A stretch of DNA of 31,082 nucleotides from Prasinococcaceae sp. CCMP 1430 (taxonomy: Eukaryota > Plantae > Prasinodermophyta), in assembly GCA_013416795.1 (NCBI GenBank), contig RQSC01000154.1, positions 77,025 through 108,106 on the forward strand. Direction: 5' to 3'. The translations under genes were made by a program, and so were the position numbers. The first letter of the stretch is position 1. Each line of letters begins with the position of its first letter. Of the stretch, positions 1-8,199 are shown piece after piece. The notes under the pieces were generated by a model that did not search any database, was not told where the DNA came from, and worked only from the letters and a program-made list of their open reading frames with translations.

Positions 1-258
1 CGCCGCGCGCGCCGCGCGCGCGCAGAGGCGACGCCGCGGCGACACGTGGCGGGGCGGCCCCAACCAACCGCACCCAACGAACGCCTTGCATCGCACGCCA
101 GAGCCAAAACCACGCCATGGGCAGACGAATTTAGCCACAACCGTCGAATTCATCCCAATCCGTATGGGAACCGCGTCCGCTCCCACCGCACCCCCGAATT
201 CATGCGGCGATGAAAGAAGGCCACCCCGGGGCGCGCGCCGACCGGCCCCGGGGCGTAA

Positions 259-268
259 TTAGGGTTTA
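259..268 (-). promoter_or_regulatory. Telo-box-like element (TAAACCCTAA on the minus strand)
   Basis: Plus strand reads TTAGGGTTTA, in an AT-richer intergenic stretch. Confidence 0.4.
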
Positions 269-419
269 GTCGGATGCGCGCGCGCGCGGCACACACGCCC
301 AGTACACAGACGCACATGTGTGATGCGAACACAGCAATTTAGGCGAAATTTTATGAACTACGGATTTGATTGCATCACAAATATTACGTAAATTAGGTCA
401 AAACGGAGAAGAAAATGAC

Positions 420-540
420 GCACGCGCGCGCGCGCACGGACGAAAACGCGCGCGCGCGCGCACGCGCGCGCGCGCCGGCGCGCGCTTTTTTCCGACCCTC
501 AAACGCGCGCGTGCCGCGCGCGCGCCGCGCGCGCGCCCGC
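420..540. repeat. (CG)n-rich alternating purine-pyrimidine tracts (similar tract at 10162-10194)
   Basis: For example, 447-475 is an uninterrupted alternating CGCG/CACG tract. Confidence 0.85.
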
Positions 541-599
541 AGCGGGGTTCCAACGGAATCCGTCCCTTCCCCCAATTTGAGCGAATCCAATTTAAGAAT

Positions 600-2108
600 A
601 TGAGGTGGTTTGGAGTGGAAGGGGGGTTCCGCGTTTTCGCGCGGCGGGGGCGCGGCCGGGCGGCGCGCGGGCGGCGCGAGGCAAGGAGATCGTCAAGTTC
701 TTCAAGAAGCTCACGGGCGTGTACGGCATCGACCGCTGCGGCGGGGCCGAGCGGCAACAGCTTGGCGCACGCGCCGCTGGCCAAGGCGCCCACGGCGCTC
801 GGCGTCACCCACCCGCTCGCGTTGGCGACGCACATGCCGCCAGTCGGCGTCAGCGCGGCCCTCCCGGCGCTGGGCCAGGGCCTGGTGGCTGGGCTCGCGC
901 CCGCCAACCTGGCGTTCGCGGCGGCCGCCGCAGCGGCGGGCAACCAGACCGCGTACGCGGCGCTGGCCCAGCTCACCCAGCAGCTGCAGCAGCAGCAGCA
1001 GCAGACGGCGCTGGCACTGCAGCGGCAGCTGGAAATAGACGCCGCCGCCGAGCAGGCGCGGCGCATCGAGCACGCTCGCCTGGAGCAGGAGGGGCAGAAC
1101 TCGCCCCCGCAGCCGCGCTCGCCGCTGCGGAGCGCCTCCAACGGCACCATCGAGGCGGTGTCGCCGCAGATGTCGCGCGGCGCGCGCACCAACGCGCGTC
1201 GGCCGTCCGTCGAGCACATCTCGAGCCTGCCGCAGGGCCTGGCCAAGGTCCTCGGGACCGTGGGGACCAGCAACGCGCCCCGCGGGACGGGCACGCCGCC
1301 GCCGTCTGAGGGCAGGCCCGTGCTGACCAAGCCCACTGCCTGGCATGCAAAGGACGCGACGTCCGGGCGCGGCAAGAAGAGCAGGAGCGCGACCTCGGGC
1401 GCGTCGTCCAAAGCCGGCAAGAAGCCCAAGGGCGTCGCCAAGCCCGGGAGAGCGCGCGCGGGCGCCGACGCCCCCAAGCCGAAGGGCAAGCCCAGGGGCA
1501 TCCACGCTGCGCGCGCGAGGGAGCGCGAGCGCGTTGCGGCGCGCGAGGCGGCGGCTGCGCGAGGCGAGGCGGTGCCGCATGCGCCCACGCCGTGCTTCGA
1601 CGGCACCAATTGGGTGGGCACGCCCGAGGTCATCGAGAGGGAGATCGGCGACATGGACCAGAAGTCCCTGCAGGCGCGCTTCGAGGCTGTCTACGGCAAG
1701 GCCACCAACAGCAACAACAACGCCTGGCTCCGGCGCAAGCTGCTCGAGGCCTCGGGCCTGCGCGCGCCGCCCGCGCCTCGCTCCAAGGGGCGGCCCACCG
1801 TGCACTTCGCCGGCGCGAGCCTCGGCGTGCAAACGCTCATGCAGCTGGCAGGCCCCGGGTCGCGGTCCGCCAAGAGGAGGTCGACGTCCAAGCGCAAGCC
1901 CTCCCCTGGGGACGCGGTTCCTGCGCAGAGCAAGGGCGTCTCCAAGCCGAGGTCAACGGCCAGGCGCTCGCCCCTGAAAGCCCCGGCCCTGAATTCCGAG
2001 GCCGTGCCGGCGACCGCCGTGCCGGCGACCGCCGTGCCGGCGACCGCCATGCACGGCGCGCCGTTGCTCGCCCACGGACTGGCGGACGCCGCCATCGCCG
2101 CGGCCTGA
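600..2108 (+). CDS. Uncharacterised low-complexity protein (poly-Q, Lys-rich basic patches) with a small helical domain (EIGDMDQKSLQARFEAVYGKATNSNNNAWLRRKLLEA, 1641-1752); probably nuclear; start uncertain (ATG 600 or 834)
   Basis: Open frame to TGA 2106-2108 with strongly G/C-ending codons from about 750 onward. (CAG)n poly-Q near 979-1005. NLS-like KKPK/KRRSTSKRK segments. The ORF-track start at 366 is a TTG in non-coding-looking sequence. Confidence 0.75.
   Translation: MRWFGVEGGFRVFARRGRGRAARGRREARRSSSSSRSSRACTASTAAAGPSGNSLAHAPLAKAPTALGVTHPLALATHMPPVGVSAALPALGQGLVAGLAPANLAFAAAAAAAGNQTAYAALAQLTQQLQQQQQQTALALQRQLEIDAAAEQARRIEHARLEQEGQNSPPQPRSPLRSASNGTIEAVSPQMSRGARTNARRPSVEHISSLPQGLAKVLGTVGTSNAPRGTGTPPPSEGRPVLTKPTAWHAKDATSGRGKKSRSATSGASSKAGKKPKGVAKPGRARAGADAPKPKGKPRGIHAARARERERVAAREAAAARGEAVPHAPTPCFDGTNWVGTPEVIEREIGDMDQKSLQARFEAVYGKATNSNNNAWLRRKLLEASGLRAPPAPRSKGRPTVHFAGASLGVQTLMQLAGPGSRSAKRRSTSKRKPSPGDAVPAQSKGVSKPRSTARRSPLKAPALNSEAVPATAVPATAVPATAMHGAPLLAHGLADAAIAAA
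2001..2045 (+). repeat. Coding tandem repeat, 3 x 15 bp (AVPAT x3)
   Basis: GCCGTGCCGGCGACC repeated three times exactly. Confidence 0.95.
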
Positions 2109-2493
2109 AAAGGCGCGCACACGAAACAAGAAGCTCCTCGGGATTCGTGCCGGATGCCGGCACGCCCCGCGCGCTGAGAAACTCAAACACCGACACAGAC
2201 TGCTGACCCAGCGACAACAATGTATACTAGTTGGCAGCAGAGCGCGAAGGCCGTAGGCCCCGGGCCGAGCGCACGCGCTCCGAGTAGACGACGCGGTGCG
2301 CAAGCCATTGGGTCCCTCTGCACCCCCTCTCTGCACCCCTCTCCCTTTTTGGTAACTTATGATAGCTGTAGACGAACGTTATACGAATGACAGTGACCCC
2401 CCCGAGCCGCACATGCGCGCGCCCTTAGACGCGCGCGAAGCGCGCGAGCGGTCCGCGGAGCGCGCGCGCGCGCCGCCTCCGCCCGTCGCACCC

Positions 2494-4372
2494 TCAGTCG
2501 ACGCTTGATCCGAGGCCCACTACCGACATATTGAGCGGAGACGTGGCCCTCCTCCCCACGCCACTCGCCCCCACCCTCTGCGGCGAGGCCTCGACGAGGT
2601 CCGCGGTAGCGGTGGCCACCAGCTCCGCCGTGCTGAGGGCTGTGGGGCAGGTGGCGTGCCAATGGCGAAACGGGGGGGAGACGAGCATGCCGCCCTCTGT
2701 CAGCACAACATTCGGCGCCGGCACTCAGTGGGCCCGAACGCGCGTGAGCGGGACGCGCGAGCGGTCGTGCTCGCAAGCCCTCGCTCGCTGCGCGCGAGCG
2801 GTCGCGCGTGCACGCACCCTCGGTGACCTCCTCCTCGAGCTGCGCTATTTTGCTCGAGTGCGACACCCGCACCTCACGCTCGAGCGCCTCGAGGCGCGCC
2901 TCGTTGACCTGTGTACCACGCGCTACCTCAGCGAGCTGCCGCCGCATGGCCTCTGCGAGGCCCAACGGCTCGCGTCGCTCGCTTTCCACCATGGCTGCTG
3001 CTGCTCCGCACACCTTCTGCATCATGGCATGCAGCGACTGAACCTCAGAGCTCAGGCTCTCGATCGAGGCTTCGAAGGAGGACAACTTCGAGCGCAGCGA
3101 GCGCACCTCGGCGGACGAGGGTTCAGCGTCGCGCTCGATGCCCTCACAGCGCTGGCGCAATGAGTCGGCCGCCGCGCCTGCCGCGTCCGCCGACGACGCG
3201 GCGCTCGACGCGGCGGCCGCCGCCGCCACGCCGCTGTGCGCGGCCTCCGCCAGACGCGCCATGGCCTCGCCCAAGCTCAAGGGCTCGCTCGACTGTGCGG
3301 CCCCCTCTGAGCCGCCCCCCTCGCCGTCTCTTGTGCCCTCGCTGCGCTGCGGCGTGCCCGCGCCGACCTCAGCGACTGCTCGCACGGCTGCATGGCGCGC
3401 GGACGCGAGCTCGGCTTTCAGCTGTTCGACGCGTTTGGTGAGCACCTCGCAGCGTGCATCATCTCGGCGCGTTTGCATGGCCGCCGCGGCCGCCGCGGTG
3501 GCTGCGTCGCTCTCGAGCTGTCCCAGCGCGCTGTGTAACGCCGCAATGCGCTCCTCCTGCTGCGGAACTCGGCTGCTGAGGCCCTCGGAGAGCTCCGTCA
3601 GCTCGCGCACGCGCCGGCGCAGCTCCTCGTCGCCTTGTCGCTGCGTCGTCCGCTGCGCTTCGGCCGCGGCCGCGCGCAGCTGCTCGGCCTCGGCCTCTAG
3701 AGCCACAAGCTCGGATCGAATCGTTCGAGCGTCCTCGCGCGCAGCGGCTGCGCCGGCGGCCTCTCTGCTCGCGGCGGCCTCGGCGACCTTGGCGCGGTCC
3801 TCCATTGCCGCCAGGCGCTGGCGCGCGTCGTCACGCTCGGCCTCGGCGCGCGCGCGCGCAGCACCGGCATCTTGCGCCTCGGCTTGCCACGCATCGGCGG
3901 CCTCGCGCCACGCCTCCATCTGCGACGCCCAGCCCGCAACTTTTTTGCGCGACGCCGCGAGTTCCTGCGCGTACCGCTCTGCCGCCGCGGATGCTAGCGC
4001 ACCAGCACGGCGGTGGCCCTCGAGCTCAGCGCGGAGCGCCTCTGCCTCGGCGCGCGCGCGCGCGGCGTCGGCTGCCGCGGCTAGTGCCCCACCCTCGGAC
4101 TCGCCTGTGCTCACGAGAGGAGAGGGAGGGCTGGGTTGCTGGTGGGCCGCGCTAATCGGCTGTTGCGACTGTTGCGGGGTGATTGGCTGCTGCTGCTGCT
4201 GCAGCAGCGGCTGGGCCGGGGAGCATCGCGCCATCTGCCCCTGCTCCGTCCGCGCTGCGTGCCAAGCGTGCTGCGCGACGTGCGGCTGCGCGGCCACCTG
4301 GGCCGCCCGTGCCTTTCGCGAGGTGACGGCGGCGGTGGCATTGGTAGCAGCGGTGGCGGCGCCGGCTGCCAT
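2494..4372 (-). CDS. Long coiled-coil protein of unknown function; exons 4372-2818 and 2696-2494
   Basis: ATG at 4372. Ala/Glu/Arg heptad-rich translation. Phase-1 intron 2817-2697 (G|GTGCGT ... CTGACAG|AG) joins the long ORF to the 2494..2724 frame, which ends in TGA. Confidence 0.75.
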
Positions 4373-4957
4373 GCCGCGCAGCCGGCGGCGGGCGGCGCGG
4401 CGCGGCGCACGGGGCGGCGCTCCCGCCCTCGGCCCTCCCTCTTCCTCTCCCTCTCGTCGCGGCGCCGTTCGTCCCTCGCCCCTCCCCCCCTTTTCCCTCC
4501 ACCCCTCTCCCTCCTCCTCCTTCGCGCGGCTCACCCCCCGCGCGGCGGGCCGCTGTGGCCGCGGCCTCCGCGGCGCCCCGCCACCCCCCACCAGCGCCCG
4601 ATGCGGCCAATCGGCCGTTCCCCGAGCGATCGATGCGCTGCGGGCCGCCCGCGCCCCCGTTGTTATGCGCCCGCCCGTTTTATTTTTGGCGCCTTTTCCG
4701 GGTATTTTGTTTTTAAAAACACCGCACCGCGTGCGAGTGTGGTGACGAGCAGGTGCCCAACCAGCCGCGTCTCAGCCCAAATCCTGCTTTGATTCTCACT
4801 ATGCCGCGGTCTACCGACCCCGAGGCGATGGCCTCTGTTTTTTTTCTCATGGGGTTCCACATCCGCCTGGTGAGGGACACACGCTTCGGTCGGAGCGGGG
4901 GTGTCGATTGACCTGGCCCTTGTCAGTTGACGGCGTTATCCACAACGCCCCAAAAAT

Positions 4958-6743
4958 GTATGGTGGCAACGGGCCCCACTCATCGCAGCGAGCGAGCGAG
5001 CGAGCGCGGGGCGGCGGGGGAGAGCGAGAGCGGGCCGGGGCGGGCCGGGGGGGAGGCGGGCACAACGCGCGCCGCGCACCGCAACGCACGGNCCCGCTCC
5101 GCCGGAGCGCGCCGCGCCGTCTGCGCGCGACTGCCGCCGCCGATGACCGCCGCGCCGTCATCGGCGGCGAGCGATGGCTCACGCACGCGCCGCTGGCGTA
5201 CTTCGCGCTCGACAAGCTCGCGGCCAAAGGCCTCCGCGCGAACGCCGATGTGGGCTCGCCGAACGACTCGTCGCGGCCGCTGCTCAAGCTGGGCGACGTC
5301 GCCGTGGGCTCGTGGGCGTGCACCACCGGCGGATGGGAGAGCCCGTCGCCGCGGGCGTCGACCGAGGTCTTCTACGTGCTGAAGGGCGAGGGCTCTGTCG
5401 ACGATGAAGATGGCACCCGGCACCGCTTCGGGGCGGGGGACCTGGTCACGCTGCCGCGCGGCTGGAGTGGCCGCTGGGACGTGACGTCGACGGAGACGCT
5501 GCACAAGGTGTGGGTTACGCACGCCCACCCCGAGGTTAGCGGCGCCTCCACCGCCGCCGTCGTGACGACGCCGATCGCGCCGGCGCAGACCTCCGGCTGG
5601 TTCAAGCGCGACGTGGCGAGCGGTCCGTCGCACAAGGTGGCGTACAACGTGGGTGGCACGTCGGTCTCGGTGTGGAGTGCCCCGCCCGGCACGAAGCAGC
5701 AGCAAGCCGATCCCACGATCCAGGCGCTCCACGTGCTCGACGGCGTCGCCTTCGTCACCAACGCCGACGGCACCGCGTACCGCTGCGCCGCCGGCGACAC
5801 GCTCGTGCTGCCCGCGGGGTGGTCGGGCAGCTGGGACATTGTCGAGGAGCTGAAGGCGGTGTCGGTCGCCGTCGGCGATGGGACGGCGGCGCCGGGAATC
5901 TCCGCCAGCGCAGCCAGCACTTCGCAGTCCAAGGCCCGCCGGCCTATCGTCGGCGGCAACTGGAAGTGCAATCCCGAGAGCTTCGACGACCTGCCGGGGC
6001 TCATCGCCAACATCAATGCGTGCGACACGACGCACTGCGACGTGTACGTCTGCCCGTCGAACTTGCACGTGGGCGCGGTCTACAATTCGTTCACGAACGG
6101 CGCGCTCGTCGCGCCCCAGAACTGCAACTTCAAGGGCACTGGCGCCTTCACCGGCGAGATGGCGGTCGAGCAGATGAAGTCGATGGGGATGAAATGGGTG
6201 CTCATCGGCCACTCGGAGCGCCGCGGCGAGTTCGGCCTCCCCACGCCGGCTGAGTCGAACGCTCTGCTCGCGACGAAGCTCGAGCACATCCTCGACCAGG
6301 GGCTCAACTGCATCCTCGCGATCGGGGAGCCGCTGCCCGTGCGCGAGAAGGGCATCGACGCTGTCATGGAGAACCTGATTCCGCAGCTCGCCGAGGTGAA
6401 AGATCTGCTGAGCCCCGAGCGCGTCGTCATCGCGTACGAGCCGGTGTGGTCCATCGGCACCGGCGTCACGGCGACGCCGGCGCAGGCGCAGGAGACGCAC
6501 GCGGCCATCCGCCAGTGGATCCGCGAGAACGTCTCCGACAGCTGCGCCGACGGCATCCGCATCCAGTACGGCGGCTCGGCGAACGCTTCGAACGCGCCCG
6601 AGCTTGCGGCGTGCCCCGATGTCGACGGCTTCCTCGTTGGCGGCGCCAGTCTGAAGCCCGAGTTCAAGGACATTGTGGCGGCGCTGGTACCCGAGGAGAC
6701 CCGGCTGGCCGCGGAGCGCCAAAAACTAGAGAAGGCGATGTGA
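4958..6743 (+). CDS. TPI: Fusion of two EutQ/DUF861-like (Cupin_3) domains with a complete triosephosphate isomerase; possible plastid transit peptide; true start uncertain (ambiguous N at 5092)
   Basis: TPI motifs: IVGGNWK (catalytic Lys), IGHSERR (His), AYEPVWSIGTG (Glu, loop 6), YGGS, DGFLVGGASLKP at about 5937-6690. Cupin motifs: GSWACTTGGW...EVFYVLKGEG...GAGDLVTLPRGWSGRWDV (5298-5517) and SVWSAPPG...LHVLDG...AAGDTLVLPAGWSGSWDIVE (5661-5865). All in one uninterrupted frame. Confidence 0.92.
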
Positions 6744-6922
6744 GCGAGCGAGACAGAGACCCTGCCCGTGCCCCGTGCCGGCCGCCCGCCGACTCGACGC
6801 CTACTCCGCGAGCAGTTTTTGTTAAGATCCTAGGTTGTGTGTTTGCTTTGCCCCCAGACCCGCCGCACACACACACACACACACACACACACGAGTTCCC
6901 CCAGCCGACGGGTCGGTCCCCT

Positions 6923-6952
6923 TGAATTGAATTGAATTGAATCGAATCGAAT
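6923..6952. repeat. Pentamer array (TGAAT)4(CGAAT)2, preceded by a (CA)n microsatellite at about 6866-6891
   Basis: GAA at 6924, 6929, 6934, 6939, 6944 and 6949. Confidence 0.9.
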
Positions 6953-7157
6953 GCGCGAATCACGCGCGCACTTGGTATCATGCGTTCGAACAGAGCCTGA
7001 TCAGACGGACGGTCGCGTGTTCCGTTCCCCCAGCGGGCGCGGGCGCCGGCGGGGCGCGCCAAGCGGCACACCCCGCGCCGGCGCGAGGCGCGGCCGCCTG
7101 GCGGGCGAGCGGCGGGCCGCAACCGGCTCCGGCGCGGAACAGCGGGCGGCAGCGGCG

Positions 7158-8003
7158 ATGACGGACTTCGCCAAGTGGGACCGCATCGTCTTCGAGATGA
7201 GCGACAGCGATGATGAGGCAGCGGCGACCGCGACGGCAGCGGCCGAGCGCGCGCCGCGCGCGGTGCCTCGGCCGGTCGTCGCCAACGGCATGGGCAACGC
7301 GCTCGGCCACAACGCCGATGTGGCCGACGTCGAAGCGGTGCGCCTTAGTGAGGTCGCCTGGCGCGACCTGGGCGACACGGTGGAGATCACATTGCCGCTG
7401 GGCGATGCTGCGCGCAACAGCGTCGCATGCAGCTTCGGTGCTCGATCGATTGAGCTGCGGCTAGGCGCACCGCCCACGCAGCAGCGCGTGCTGCGCGTGA
7501 AGCGGCTGCATGCGCGCGTCGCGCCGGAGCGGTGCGAGTTCGCCGTGGCGTCGAAGGGCACGGCGGACTTTCACTCGGAGGGGATCGTGCGCGTGACGCT
7601 AGTGAAGGTAGATGCGGGGGGAGCGGCATGGAAGTCGCTCGAGGCCACGGGTCCTGACGCGCTACAGGTCAGCGCGCGCGAGCGAGCGCGCGGCGCGCCT
7701 CCGCTGACCATCAGTAGCTACTCGTGGCTCGATCTCACGCAGGGCGTGCGTGTGTTCCTCAACGTGCCCGAAATCGACAGCATCCCACTCGGGGACATCA
7801 CCGTCAACTTCCGGGACAAGTCTTTTGACGTGGAGGTACTCGACATCGCGCGTGCCAAGCGCTGGGTGCTCGCCGTCACGGAACTGCCTGACACCGTCAT
7901 TATCGGGCAGTGCAAGTGGAAGGTCAAGGACGGTCAGCTTTCGGTGTATCTGCGCAAGTGGGCGCGCATGGGATGGTCTAAACTCCAGATGAAGCGAGGA
8001 TGA
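7158..8003 (+). CDS. Protein with two CS (p23/CacyBP-like) domains and an N-terminal DFAKWD..SDSDDE motif; probable Hsp90-system co-chaperone
   Basis: ATG 7158 in GCG-ATG-A context. CS-like segments VAWRDLGDTVEITLPL...SFGARSIELRL and SYSWLDLTQGVRVFLNV...VNFRDKSFDVEV...KWKVKDGQLSVYLRK...WSKL. Confidence 0.75.
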   Translation: MTDFAKWDRIVFEMSDSDDEAAATATAAAERAPRAVPRPVVANGMGNALGHNADVADVEAVRLSEVAWRDLGDTVEITLPLGDAARNSVACSFGARSIELRLGAPPTQQRVLRVKRLHARVAPERCEFAVASKGTADFHSEGIVRVTLVKVDAGGAAWKSLEATGPDALQVSARERARGAPPLTISSYSWLDLTQGVRVFLNVPEIDSIPLGDITVNFRDKSFDVEVLDIARAKRWVLAVTELPDTVIIGQCKWKVKDGQLSVYLRKWARMGWSKLQMKRG

Positions 8004-8199
8004 GGACGGCGGGGCCGCTGGTGCTGGTGCGCACGCGTGTTTGCGCGTGTCTCCCGCCCATCACAGCGCCCGCGACTTAGCAGGTGGGGGCAAAATTACA
8101 GTACTGTACATGAATTTTGATTACGGGCTCCGCCGGGGTTGCTGGCACAAATAGCGCGCGCGCGGACGGAAGTTCAACGCGGTGGCAGCACGCCCTCCG

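Noticed and set aside
41-50. G-box/ABRE-like GACACGTGGC
   Set aside because: A single short motif, expected by chance in GC-rich DNA, with no identifiable target gene in the window.
366-599. N-terminal extension of gene 1 from TTG 366
   Set aside because: It translates (CG)n tracts and AT-rich spacer into RARA repeats and has no coding bias.
4908-5092. Start of the cupin-TPI gene at TTG 4908 or ATG 4958
   Set aside because: The region looks like GA/G-rich promoter or UTR, and the N at 5092 may hide a gap containing the real ATG. The start is left unresolved.
7668-7714. Possible intron CAG|GTCAGC...CTGACCATCAG| in the CS gene
   Set aside because: Removing these 47 nt puts an immediate TAG in frame, and the read-through sequence (LTISSYSW) matches the start of a CS domain.
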